The notes under the pieces were generated by a model. That model worked only from the letters and a program-made list of their open reading frames with translations. It searched no databases and was not told the origin of the DNA. Both the position numbers and the translations under genes were made by a program. From contig NMRA01000039.1 in NCBI GenBank assembly GCA_002633005.1, positions 1,243,095-1,307,094 on the forward strand: 64,000 nt of DNA, read 5' to 3'. This DNA comes from Phoronis australis. Its lineage: Eukaryota > Animalia > Phoronida. This document shows, piece after piece, positions 37,691 to 50,571 of the stretch (within the stretch, counting starts at the first letter, position 1; each line of letters begins with the position of its first letter).

Positions 37691-38115
37691 AAACGGTGGG
37701 TCGACTTTGTAGGCTAATTTCGTGCCTCTGATAACTTCTATTGAGCGAAAGATAAAGTAAGCCGAACGCGACGGGAAATCGTTGGATTTTAATCAGTTTC
37801 ACATTCGCAAACTCGCTTTTTCCTGGGAACTGCTCTGGCCAGACGTAAACATATCACAAGTATGTGTTAGTTCGTCTTCGAATACGCGGCCGAAAGAACC
37901 AAATTCAGCAGACGAATGATTTTAGCGTGCGAACGCTGAAACGGAGCATAATTTTAGAATAGGGGTATATCAGTTTTTCGAGACGACAACCCACTCATTT
38001 TCTTGAATTTCCGCTAATCATGTACAAATCGTCCACAAGAAAAACCAATTATTTCACATTTATTTATTTATAACTTCGAGAAAGGATTTACACAAAAATT
38101 CTTTATTAATAATCC

Positions 38116-38246
38116 CAGTAGCAGATTTAAGGAGGTGGGCAAGGGGCCATGGCCCACCCGATATTCCATTTGGCAGTTCGTGGGTGCAAATGTCTGACGC
38201 ATACTTTGCCCTGACCCCTTAACTCAAAATCCTGGATCCGCCCCTG
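38116..38246 (-). mobile_element. MITE family A copy (inverted, internally deleted)
   Basis: CAGTAGCAGATTT...GGATCCGCCCCTG, flanks AATCC/AGTCC. Confidence 0.7.
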
Positions 38247-41200
38247 AGTCCTGGGATATTTGAGATTTCGTTCCTAATCTCTATTGACAAGTTGTCTTTC
38301 GATTTACTAAATAGGGACACCAGTGACAGTGGGACTACGTTAGATATCAACGCGAGTAAACCCATAACAATTGAAAGCAACATATTATTCCGTGGCAGTA
38401 TTTCGTTGATAATAAACGAGACGCAAAATGGCAATATTGTGATATCCCGAATCAAGCGTGGACCACATTATGACGTGAAAGTCTGCCTAGCAACCAAGAA
38501 GCCTGCTTCCATCTGTTTCATGTGTTAATTCAGATGTATCTTGCAACTCCGCGTTATGCACTAAACGACACTAGATTGTACACAGAGTTGAATGTCGAGC
38601 TCATAAAGGGTTGTAAATGTACGATTGTATGACGAACATTTACCAACAAAACTAATAAGCGCCAGTGTTGTTTCTCTGGTATTGATTATTGTGTCCGACT
38701 CGCTCTTGGCCATAATCATCAAAGGATTCCGACGGGCGAGTTCATTACCCGCAAGTGGGGTTAATTTAGCGTTGAAATTTGTGACACGAAACAACATGTC
38801 CAATTAAACACAAACTTGTCATTTTATGTTGCATCCACGAAATGCTTTCATCTTCTCTACTGAAGTAAACTTATATTCAACGGTTTTTGATTAAAAATCT
38901 ACTTCCTCACGCCAATCACCCTCGCAGTGTGTGAGCTTTGGAAACTAACCTAAATAAACAGTAAAACATACTCTGGGCGGAGATAAAATAGACTGGTGTT
39001 TGGCGTAATCGGCTCCGCCCCATCCCGCCTATAATGTTTGTTCAAGTGAAAGATCAGGTTGCCGCTCAAAAGATCAAATACATCTCCATCGTTCACGGCT
39101 GTCGTACATTACGTCACTGCGATTAGCGATTTCCGGAAAATATGTGCCGAAGATTGACGGCGGGGGGGTACTTTCCGTCTTTGCTAGCTACTTACTTGCG
39201 AGNGGGGGGGGGGGAGGGTGTCGCATTTCTGTCAAGTCGATGTGGACCTTTGCTGACAAAAAATCTGGAGGAGTAAAAAAAGAAAAAAACGTACCACCGT
39301 CGAGCCCCCCCTGGGTGCGCGCATGGAGTTCTTGGCTTGTAACGTGTTTGACTCGTTCCCACAGTCAAGTTGCATTAATGATAATAATATTGGTTGAGGC
39401 CAGTTAGAAGCAGGAAATGTGTCATGTACTGTCATGTAAAGTGGGCATTACCTTACGCATTCTGTTCTATTATGTTTGACTACTGTACCTAAAATTTGTA
39501 CCGAAATGTCGTTCATGCTCCACTCCAGTGTCGTTTTTATCGTCAACTTGCATTGCAAGGTAGGTTGAGGGACGAAGTGATGCATGATAATACCTCGCAC
39601 ATACTTGTGTGATTTTGGTTTTTCGTGTGAGCTTGGCTGCATTGCGTCTGAGAGTAACATTTCATATTGGAAGGTCAAGTTTCGTGGCCAGAAAAGCGAA
39701 ATCACACTGGTCCTCGCGAATTATCGCTATTTATTACTTTGAACTCCAGTTTAGGATTACGAGCAAATCACGTGACATCACTAGCCTTACTCGCCTCGTG
39801 AATGACTGCAGCTTAAGAACGTGTTCCCCAGACCACGATCCTGAATGCACACCTGCAAGCAAAAATGCGCAGGAAGCGTCTAACCTAAAGCCCTGACGTC
39901 ATTGGGTCTTATCGTTGTCGTTTTCTAATCAGCCAGATGTGTGTTGTCGTTTGTTTTCGGTAGTAGGCATAACATTGCGGGTTTACAAACTTTCAGTTTG
40001 AAAGTCGGACAAAATCGACATTTCTTGCATGTGGGCGGTCGAATCGGACACGTTTCCTTCGAATGTCCGATGATTTGTTATCTCCTGCATAAGCCCCGGC
40101 GGATAAAATTATGGTAAAGTTCGAGCAAATAAATAGGAATGACATATAGAAGCCACATGCTGCGAATGAAATATATATAAAAATTTATACAGGGATCAGT
40201 TTTAAAGGACTGAAAAGGTGACTCGTGTCAACAATTCACGCTGGAAAGTAAATGAATTTTCAGTTGCCGGATAAAATCGAAACATTTTCATGCAGCCCAA
40301 GTAACCAAGGATGTAAGACTAGGTTAGACTGAGATCCCTGATGCACTAGCATTGACCGACCCGAAAAGATGAACAAGTGGCAAATTAGAAGATGACTATT
40401 TTTATGGTACACATAGACAGTACCTGATTGACAAGTGCAAGCCCGATATTTATACTCGAAGAATCTCACTAATTGTATTTGTTTTGAAGATGGCTATTAG
40501 GAAAGCCGTGATTACTTTTCAAGCGTAAAGTTTTCGTGCAACATTCGACGTGTAATAAGTACATTAGCTGATTAAACAGTACTACGGGAGATAGTCCCAA
40601 AGCCAGATTTGCCCGGCACCGCACCCCCCGCCCTTTCAGGTGGCCGTCGCCATTTTCGAACCCGTTCGTCACATGCGGATTTTGAAGTGTATGATGGTCA
40701 AACCCAACAAAATTTTCCAAGGATGCGAGGTGAGACTCTGACTGAAGCTTTACCGCTCCGAGTATTGTTGACTATTCCGAAAGTTCACTACTCCAAAGTT
40801 TCACTACTCCGAAGTTAATCATGGGCGGCGCACCATAGGGGGCTGCATGGGGGCACTTTTTTAGTGCTGCGCCGCCCATGAGTTTCACTACTCTGAAGGT
40901 TCACTACTGACCAAATGTCTGGTAATGAGGCGGAATTGACATTTATAAAGTATTGTATTTGTGTCATTTAGTACTGGCAGGGACTGGGTAACCACGTAAC
41001 ATGTAATTTCGACTGGACCGTATGCGTGGACCCATGGGCGGCGCACCATAGGGGCTGGGGGGGGGGGGGGGGGCTATAGGCCCCCACTTTTTTCAGTGCT
41101 GTGCCGCACATGGTGGTTCCGGTGCAGCGTGGGTGACGTTCACCGACTTAATTGAGGCTAGGAACCAATCTCAATTCATCATCACTGAGAACGTAGTAAA

Positions 41201-41750
41201 CGGGGTATCCGGGGAAAAATGCGGTCCGCCTGTGTAAGAGGTGACAGTTTGCAATAAAGACAAATTCACGCAATGGTTGAGAAATATTGTTTCAGTGAGG
41301 CAAGGCAAAGTTGATTTAACTTGACCGAACGCAGATAGGAAGTCACACTCAGCATGACGCTGTCTCTACTTTCACAGCAGAAGCAACGCTAGGATCTCGC
41401 TAGAAAAGTAAGAACTCACGAGATTTCGCGAGGCGCCGTGTATTTTCAATAAAAGCATATGATTTTGTTTAGATTTTCTCGCCGCGAGACAGCTATTGAG
41501 CTCTACGTTTAGTAGCTATGCCCACTGCGTGACATTTTATATTCGCCATATTTGCCTCATGGGAGGGGGGGGGGTTCTGTTCTTGTTTCCGAAAGAGACC
41601 CCATGAGGGCTTTCGGTTGGGGTAATTTTCGGAAATCCTGCACTTTTGCTCAGCCGTTTGGGGCGACTGATATATTTTTTTCTCGAATTTCATCCTGCAT
41701 CAAAGCTCACTGACGTATCATCAATTTCTTACAAAAGAAAATATTTGTTA

Positions 41751-41846
41751 GGTCATCCTACGACATATTCGGGTCATTCTATGACATGTTGGGTTATCCT
41801 ACGACATGTTGGGACATCCTACGACATGTTGGGTCATCCTACGACA
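41751..41846. repeat. 20-bp minisatellite, ~5 copies
   Basis: Unit GGTCATCCTACGACATGTTG at 41751, 41772, 41792, 41812 and 41832. Confidence 0.9.
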
Positions 41847-42078
41847 ACTAAAGGGAAACACAGCACGCATTTTGATTTAACTTCTGGTTGTAAGTTGCAA
41901 AACGTTTTTCAAATCCGTGATTCACAGTGCAATATGCAATTTAGCTGCACGCAGATACATGTTCTTTCCGAGGATCCGAAAAAGCACGAACAAAAGAGAC
42001 GGGCATCCCCAACCGGGAGATTGGAGCCCTCCTCTAAGAATTTCGCGCAGTGGGAGCATGCCATGGTTTATGAATTAA

Positions 42079-43758
42079 AGGAGAATGCCACCCAATTTAA
42101 TTAGTCTTTTTGCCGTCTTAATCAGTTTATATCCACATCGCCTCGCATACGGTCGACCTTACCTTGCCACGAGGTGTCGCGTTAACCTGTGAGGAAGGTG
42201 AGAAACGACGCTAGCGACGTCAGTGGTTCATATGCAGAGTGAATGCCGCTATGTTGCGGTGCATCGTTCCCGCTTGTCTGAACTAAGCAGCTGCCAGGAA
42301 AGCTGGTATATCGTTTTTTTTTTACTTCCTCGAGAGTCAGAAATGCTTAGGAAGTGGCTCATGGTAGTGAAGAATGAAATGTACGCTGTAAATAGCAAGT
42401 ATGAGGCCGTGAAACATCTCCGTGTCTGTGGCCTGCAGACGTCGACAGTGCCTCACGAATGCCGGCTTACCAAATAACTCCATACGTTCCGTTGTCTGAG
42501 CTTGTTCACGGCGCCTCTCAAGTAATTCTTCATCACTGTATTCCTGTTCGAATTGATAGCCTGTAAAACTTAACGATCCACCTGCGAAGTCGGGACTGAT
42601 GAGCTCTAGCTCGTCCTAATTCGGGATTGCGAATTGCCATGTTGGTGTTTATTACTGAGCGTTCTGTTTCAAAATGAATTATTCTCACCCTAACCAATAC
42701 TTATATAAAACTGAAACAAAGTCTGTCTCATTAGATGCAATTTGTAATGCCTTTGGAGTGTTTGTGAGTACAAATAATTTGAGAAGCCAGATAAATCACT
42801 GCGTAAACGGCTTTAGGTCAATAAAACTAATTGATGAGACACCGAGGCCGTGTGAGCTCATGCTAATTTAGTGTTTGCTGGCAGAAACTGTTGTGAAACA
42901 ACTCGATTGCCATCCCGCGGCCAGGTGTTAGGAGAATCTTTATTTAAATTTACATTACTCAAATAATGATTGTCAATGTACAACTTCTGCCCTGACGGTG
43001 CTGTGGCCAAAGCGGAACCTGAATTCGCGGCACCCGACGAGTAACTAGACTCGGCAATTTCCGCGTAGCTAATTCACCAACATAATCACGTGAACATTAC
43101 TTTAGCTCACTAGTATACTATTTTCTTGACTGGAAGTTTAGTTTCCACTGAACTTTGGCTGGTTTATGTTTGTGATGTCTGATCAGTTTCCGAGCCACTG
43201 TCTGGGATAACGACTCAATCCGGCCGGCCGCGACGCTGGGGCCTGATCGGGCTCCGAGCCACTAGCCAGGATAACAAGCGTTTTGTGTTTAGAATTCAAA
43301 AAATCACAAGTCTAAACAACACAGATCTAGTTTCTCTTGTCTGTATCTCACGGAAAATACTTCGAAATTATCTCCGAACACACCCCAAACTCATGCTACG
43401 GACCTTATTGGCCTGCCGAACTTTGTAGGCTACGGTGTGTCCAAATACCAATAAATCCGTAAGAGCGAAATAAAACAACACGTTTTTATAAGAACTCGGT
43501 GTATTTTTAAGGGGTTTACATCAAAGTTTGATGATTTATTGGTGCTAAACGATGACTTCAAGCGATAAGCTGACACCAGTAACTCGTGTTGTGAACTGCT
43601 GAACAGACTGCGCGTGAAACCGATGACGTCATTGGATAATTTCAACACCTCCGTCTGCCGTCAGGTGTCAGGTAACGCAACCGTACGTGTCGTTATGGAG
43701 TAGAACTACTCGATCTAAATTGATACAAATTTGGTTGTTTTTTGGGTGGCATGCTCCT
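42079..43758 (-). mobile_element. Non-autonomous Kolobok-type DNA transposon, copy 2 (inverted relative to copy 1)
   Basis: TTAA|AGGAGAATGCCACC...GGTGGCATGCTCCT|TTAA; collinear reverse complement of 30518-32121. Shadow ORFs 30631-30846(+) and 43430-43648(-) are nearly identical. Extra internal duplication/insert at ~43190-43265. Confidence 0.85.
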
Positions 43759-44137
43759 TTAAATTCGCAATCTCATTTAAAATAGAAAGAGTGACCGTTG
43801 ATTCTGTCATCTCTGTGTCACTTTCTTTGAAATAAAAGGTTGTGCATTTTCAAAAAACCGTAAGAGTTGGAAAGACTCCATCAGCTGGGTCTCCTATATC
43901 TTTGAGAAAAACAGGTATTCGTTAAAAACAGTGATCCTCAGAGGTTCTAGGAAACCTTTGCATAACAATCTTTTGCAGACTTTCCAAGTGTGTATGAATA
44001 ACAGCACGTTTTCAAACGAGAGGTAGACGATCCATGTATGAAGAGGGGACCTCCTCACAAACTGTTCTAGCCAGGGTTCCCCGGCAAAGGATAGCCTAGC
44101 ACTGGTTGTTTACAAATGTTGAACTTCTCGCACGTTT

Positions 44138-44453
44138 CAGGGGCGGATTCAGGATTTTGAGTTAGGGGGTCCAGGGCACAGGAATAACCGCCTCATGCGC
44201 GCGCCTAGCCTAAAATGTGTGGGGTCTCGAATTTTTGGGGTTTGTGGACAATATTACTATTAAAAAAACGGGGTTTGTGCACGGCCTATGCATTTTGCAT
44301 TCGCTCCCCCCGAGCCCCCCTGGGTGCGCGCATAAATTATGCTAGTCAGCAATTCGCTCAACGAACTGCCAAATGCAATCTAGGAGAATTTTAGGGGGGG
44401 GGGGACATGGCCCCCTTGGCTAACCCCTCCCCTAGCACCCCGGTGCGCGCATG
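44138..44453 (+). mobile_element. Nested MITEs (family B inside family A) just upstream of YME1L1
   Basis: Family A left end at 44138 is interrupted by CATGCGCGCGCC...GGGTGCGCGCATA (44194-44334), after which family A sequence resumes. Confidence 0.6.
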
Positions 44454-44660
44454 GATTTTTAACACTTTTTCTTGCTCGGCACCAAGTTGCGTTTTTTTCC
44501 GTCAGAGGTCGCTAGGAAGACGTACGTATATTCGAATTGTGCTTTTCGCTGTTGTGTAACACAGTAACACACCACTTCCGTCTTTTCTTAAAATGCAGGT
44601 GTGTTTGATGTGTTGAACTATTGAACACGATGGTTTACAAATGAAGACAAGATAACGACA

Positions 44661-44690
44661 ATGTTTGCCGCTACGAGTTTACCACAGCAA
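44661..44690 (+). CDS. YME1L1: YME1L1 exon 1 (MFAATSLPQQ)
   Basis: ATG plus CAA|GTAAGT donor, resembling the short first exon of vertebrate YME1L1 (MFSLSSTVQPQ). The 14 exons sum to 1716 nt (572 aa) in one open frame; the gene continues past the window. Confidence 0.75.
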
Positions 44691-46778
44691 GTAAGTTTGG
44701 TCCTCTTTGGGGGTAAACATGAATATCCATTGGCTGCGTCATGTTTCACGCATCTTTCATCAGCCATCTGAAGTCGAGATCTTTTAACTTTCTCGAAAAG
44801 CGAACAAGAACAGCTCCTGAGCTCCGCACTACGTGACAAGATTTGTACATTTTTATTTTGATGTAAGTGTCTTTGCCAATTGGCAAATTATTTCAATTGT
44901 CCCTGTCATTGAGACACTCGGCAGGTTGTGGCTGCCAAACCTGGTGACACCATAAACTGTGACCACCGTCTCCACATAATAATCGTCATAACATTAAATC
45001 CACGTGAGAGACCGTCTGGAGTTGTCAATAGGGCAACTCTGGACGGTCTGGGATCACAGATCCATTCGTCTGATTTCATTTTATTGTCCATGACGCTGAT
45101 GGTGAGGAGATGAGAGCTGCCTGAAGAAATATGACTTTGCATTGTCTCGACTTATGACTCACAACACGTGATTGGACAAACCCTTTTCAAATTAGTGTAG
45201 ATAAGTCGGTGGAACGTGAGACCCCTGAGGTCCCAGTCAAGTCCTCCACGTCATGAACTGGCCCCAGCAGAGACTGAACCTTTTCGGTGAATGTTGCCTC
45301 ACACTGATTAAAACATCAGGTTGTTTACAATTCGACTCCATTAACGTACATACTTGATATTAATATTTTCTGAATCCTGTCGCCATGGTGATCATAGTGA
45401 TTCCAAAAATGTATTACTTGTACCGACTAGAGTCTTCTTATTCAGGCATTCACTGTTTTTTACGAGGTGTTCATTTGCGTGGCAGCCGATCTCGAGTGAC
45501 TGCCATTATAAATCTGCGACACCTCTTGGCAGGAATGATAACTACAATGATCACGCGTGTGTCAGAAGACCCCAAAATTGGGTAGTATATTGAAGATACC
45601 GCGTGGCACATCAGTTTAACTCTGAGTAAAAAACAGTAATTGACATCATGTTATAAAGGATTGCTTCCTCTTCAAAAAAACACAACAGTGCGTGTTCTCA
45701 CGGACAAATGCTGTCCTCGAAAGCATTTGACATCTCACAGACATGGTTTCCGATTGTGTTAGGACGGGCATGTGTCGTCTCAGAGACAAAAATTGTTTCA
45801 AACAAGTGGAATTCGGTAAACATACGCGGCTAAAATACGCGAACACAGAAACGCATTGTACATCGAATCAACTTCACTTTAGGTTATCCGTTAGTTATCA
45901 ATCTTGCCGAAAGGTGTCGCACTATTAAAAATGGCTGCTTCACTAAATCCGCGTTGCAAATGAACGCCTTGCAAAAACTCAGAAATTATGAATAAGAACC
46001 GTCCAATCAGTACAAGTAATACAGTTTTGGAATCACCGTGACTAGAGGATTCAAAAAATAGTAGTATCAAGTATGTACGTTAATAGCCAAACATGGGCGC
46101 GGTAAAAATAGGAGCGTGCACAGTGTAAAAATGGCCTGTTGAACGAAGGACTGCTCGAAGAAAAAGTTTGATTATGGGAGTTTATGTTCGAGTTGGAAGT
46201 AATTAAACACGTTGACGGCCTCCTAAGGTGACCTTCTATGTGCAAAAGGTACTTATAACAACATGATTTTGATGTTTTAATCAATGTGAGGCATAATTGG
46301 CCAAAATGCCTCCAGCGTATGAAGCTTCTAAGCTTCACCGTCTACTGGGGCCAGCTGGAGACGATGGTCACTGTTTAGTGATACCATTGCTGGATGTTTT
46401 ATGTTAGGCATTGTCATGATCAAAGGAAACATTTGGCGACACAAAGTTAAGGTCAAATGGCATTCCACCGTTTTCTGACCTTTCGAGCTGTTTCAGAAAA
46501 GTCTTATTTAGAAATAGGTTACATGCTAATCACTAACATTAGGTCTTCAAATAAACAGTGAACGATCATAGTTAATGTTCCAATGTCATTGTTCTTGAGC
46601 TAATCAAATGAGGTGGGGGAATGAAAGTGAATTGTGTTCCAATTCCAAAGGTGTGTCAAGAATGCTGCGTTCTGATTGGTCACTTAAGCCGTCCTGGCCA
46701 TAAGTCAATTCCAAAGGTGTTGGTTTTGAAGTCTAGATGTTTTTGTTACTTACAAACTTTCTCCCTCCATGATTATAG

Positions 46779-46895
46779 TTGTGGCCATTGGGTCCAGCCC
46801 TTACTCTTCTGAATTCCGCAAGATGCACATGTCACACTACAGCAAGAAGGAAGACACCGCCGGAGAGAAACAGAGATAGTCAACCCAGTAAACAG
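46779..46895 (+). CDS. YME1L1: YME1L1 exon 2
   Basis: AG/GT bounded, phase 0/0; LWPLGPALTLLNSARCTCHTTARRK..., presequence-like. Confidence 0.65.
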
Positions 46896-47541
46896 GTACT
46901 GAAGAATCTAGAATTACACATTTCTGGGGAGTAGATATAAGTGTTAAATCTACAGTGATAATTACGTCAAGTCAATGTGGCCAATTTTAATCTATGTAGG
47001 GCAAGTCTGATATACAGTAACGTGCCCGCATTTTGAAAACCAGTTGGTGCCTGTTATTCAGTTGAGAAAACTGGTTCTCAAAATGCTGGCACGTTATACC
47101 TGACTATGACCCTACGTAGAATAAATCTTACATTGAATAATGGGAAAAAGCAGAGACAAGTTTAGATTGTACAATTTGCATGGGTAACAAAAAAAAGCGC
47201 TTTGTCTTCACAGTATGTAATGTTATATTCGGCAGGCTCTTCCTCAGAGTTTGTATGTATTTCATCCATCATTGCTGACAAAGATTGCTTGGCTTGGAAC
47301 GTTTCAGTTTCTATTAAACTTTGTGCCATGTTTGCTCATCTGTTTTTATCTTTTAATCCTGTAATCGTGCATTCTTTTTGCACCCTCATCTGGGACGGAT
47401 CTGGTTTGTCAGGATGAATCTAGCCTCAGAAGCAGTCAATAATCTCATTCCGTTTTCTTATGGAGTCATTATTTTGTAACGACTTCAACAGTATGTCCTG
47501 CACTTTGCCTTAAACTTGTGCAATGTATGTTATTTCTTCAG

Positions 47542-47650
47542 GCTACGGCTACCGTCTCTGAGGGACAGTATCGTGACTATTGTGACCCCCTACTGAATAG
47601 TCGAGTGAATTCGTATGTCTCAACGACGTCTTTCTTTGAGAATAAGCATG
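47542..47650 (+). CDS. YME1L1: YME1L1 exon 3
   Basis: Ends ...SFFENKHG, matching the conserved SFFENKYG of vertebrate YME1L1; G|GTAAGA donor. Confidence 0.85.
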
Positions 47651-47728
47651 GTAAGAATAACTGAATGGAAAAGTTGATATCCAGTTAAAGTACTGGTGAG
47701 ACATACTTTGAGTTGGAGGAGGCAGAGG

Positions 47729-47790
47729 GCCTGGTGGGATAAGTGTCGGCTTCCTTCACTCAATGTCATGGGTTCGAGTCCCACAGGGGC
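47729..47790 (+). mobile_element. Degenerate tRNA-derived SINE head
   Basis: GGCCTGGTGGGATAAG (A-box-like) and GGTTCGAGTCCC (B box). Confidence 0.45.
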
Positions 47791-50075
47791 ACACTGCTAG
47801 ACCTTGAGTCAGGTTTCTGGCTCCTCAGCTCGGTTTTAGCTATATATTGCATAAAAATGGTTCTAGGTGATCAGGTGTACCAGACCGCCTGTAATTATTT
47901 TTTAACTTGGATTTAAGTCTCACTTTTCTCTGTCCTCAAATTAGTTTTACTTTCTTTTTGTGTTAGATATGACCATGTTGTGTATTGCAAAGTTAATTAG
48001 TGATAATCGTATTGTCCTTGGCTTCATGTTCATGATAAGATTAAGAGTTCAGTCTCATATTTATCACTATTCCAGAGCATTTTTAGAAACATTTTAATCT
48101 TCGTATCAGCCGTGTGCTTAAGAGATAAGAAATGTTTTAAAGTTCTAAAGATTAACTACAAATTATCTCATTGGGTACGTCATTTTAATCTGATTCATAA
48201 GTTACTTTACAGAGCTATTCTTGAACAATTAGTCGCCATTTTGATCGCTCCGTTATCACACTTGTTCACTTTACCTTGTCAATTAATGATGGTGTGATGG
48301 GGCCGTGTCATGGTTCAAGCAAGATTTCCCCCCAAAACTCTTGGTCGAGTTGCTACCAATTTTTTCCCCCAGTCCCCAACAATTCCCTCATTCGCCCCAA
48401 TTCGCGTTCGCACTCACGAATTCTGACTAATTACTTCACGATTCACGACTGTCCAAATGTACTAAATCATGTTCACGCTGAGCTTGAAATTTCGGTTCAT
48501 AAAAATAGCAGTGTCCCATTAACACTCTGCAAAATTTCAGATTCACCGTTCAAAAAACCTTCACACCTTTAATTCATTGTTCTGTGAGCTGCTGCCTTTT
48601 GTTGGGAGTTGTCTCCCATGACGTGTGAACTACCGTTTGTATCTCAGGGGATCTGTTAGTTTGTCTTGCTTTTGAAGACTGAAAAGTGCTCTGACATTCT
48701 CATTGGTATAAGCATGAAAATTCTGAGACATCCAGTTTGAGATGATATAGGAGAAAAGTATTTAAAATCAAATACTGGAGCTTTTAACTCATATTTAGTG
48801 CCATAGCACTTGCATCCTGCAGGCTTCAGCTTAACTATTGATGTTATGATGGGCCTGACCAATAGGTGGTGTCTTAGTCAGGTGATGCGGTAAATCAGCA
48901 AGGGTTCTATTCTTTGTATGAGACATTGGGTTGGTGTCAAACTGGTATCTTATTTGGCAAGGTGGAATAACTAATACTGAAGTAGCCATCAAGATAGCGA
49001 TTAAAACGTCCTTGTACAGATGCACAGCTCTTCACAGTATAAAAATAGTTTGGGACCTGGCCAAAATCCCTGCTGGCAATTCCAAAATCCAGGTCACACA
49101 CACAGATCCCAGGTTGGCTCGCACAGATCTCATGTGACACAAGCTTGACGACTTAAGAACAAAAAGGCTTTTGGTCAATTTTCCGTATGGTGGCACCCTT
49201 ATTTTAACATTTGGTTTTTAGTTTCTTGCTTCTGAATACAAATTATGGAAAATACTTAATTGTGCTAAAATCAAAATTCAAGAAAATTGGTTATTTGTGA
49301 ACACATTGTGAACATTTGATATCTGAACAAGATAGTGTTGGTATGTACCACTCGATCTTTATGGCAGATTTGAAGAGAATTTTTGGAGCAAAATTGAACA
49401 AAATCAGCATTTTTGGTCAAAAATATTTATTGCAAGGATGGAAATTTTGGTTGACTTGTTTCTGTCCCTCATATGCGTAGTGTACACAATATTATTCGTT
49501 ATTTACATCCTTACAGCGCACATTGTTGTTGACATGATGTCTCAGCAAATATTCTAGCAAGTAGACCTTGATCTTGTTTACAGTCTCAGAGAGAAAATCA
49601 AAAATTTGAATATCCTTGGGCAGTAGCTGACAGTGTTTAAAATTGCTCTGTAACCAGTGCTTGTTTTTGTTAATTCTGTCTTTTTAAAAAAATGACTGTA
49701 TTTAGGGTCATTAAACTATGCTAAACTGACCCAAAACAGAAAAGCTAAAATTTCTCCGTACCTGAAGAAGCAGCCAACTGTGTATTTTCACTAAATAGTT
49801 TGCATAGTTAAACTAGGCCAGTTGAGGGCAAAATGTGTCTCTGAGATCACCAGTTATTTGAAGTGTTAGTAAAACCAAAGCTGTAGATGACCTGAATTGT
49901 TCACTTGTGCTAATGTTTTATGTCAGAAATGCGTATTTTATCTAAAATAAATCAGAATTTGTATTTTTGATGAAGGCAAAAAGCAAAATTTTGGATTTTG
50001 CTTCTGTTGGAACAGTTTGTTAGTGTCTGTGTCTCTGATTACATCATTTGTTGTGACCTAGCTCTTTATTTGCAG

Positions 50076-50186
50076 GCTTCTCCCAGTCGTCACCCCCTGA
50101 ACGTGAGATGCGGGCGCAAGAACTGCTCAAGTACCTGACCCCCATCGTACACAACTCTGGCATTCTCAGACACCCCTTATTTACAG
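50076..50186 (+). CDS. YME1L1: YME1L1 exon 4
   Basis: TTTGCAG acceptor, AG|GTGAGC donor, phase 1/1, open frame. Confidence 0.75.
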
Positions 50187-50452
50187 GTGAGCTGACAGGT
50201 TGCTTTACCGTAAGGTACAAGATGAAACTGATTTTGAAAGTTTTACCTCTAGAAGTTAAATAATTAATCTTATGGACAACTCTTTTACAAGAAAATTTGT
50301 TTTGAAAACAATGAAATAATCTGTTAACCGGGAAGGTTTTTTGTCTAAATCAAGTTTGTGCTCCGGCTCATGTTATAAGGTTTTTAACAAAAATGACATT
50401 GATAGAAAGACTCTTGAAATGGCTGGTTTTACTGTGTGGTTTCATTGTCCAG

Positions 50453-50571
50453 GTCTATTGATGCCCAGGCGGAATTTTAAGACTCGCCGAGCAGACACGA
50501 TGTCTGGGATTGGAGGGGGCAGCACGGCTGTTGACAAGTCACAGAGTGTGAAACAGTTTCTGAAGGAGCCT
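50453..50571 (+). CDS. YME1L1: YME1L1 exon 5
   Basis: Contains RRNFKTRR (compare vertebrate RGFKT); CCT|GTAAGT donor. Confidence 0.8.
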
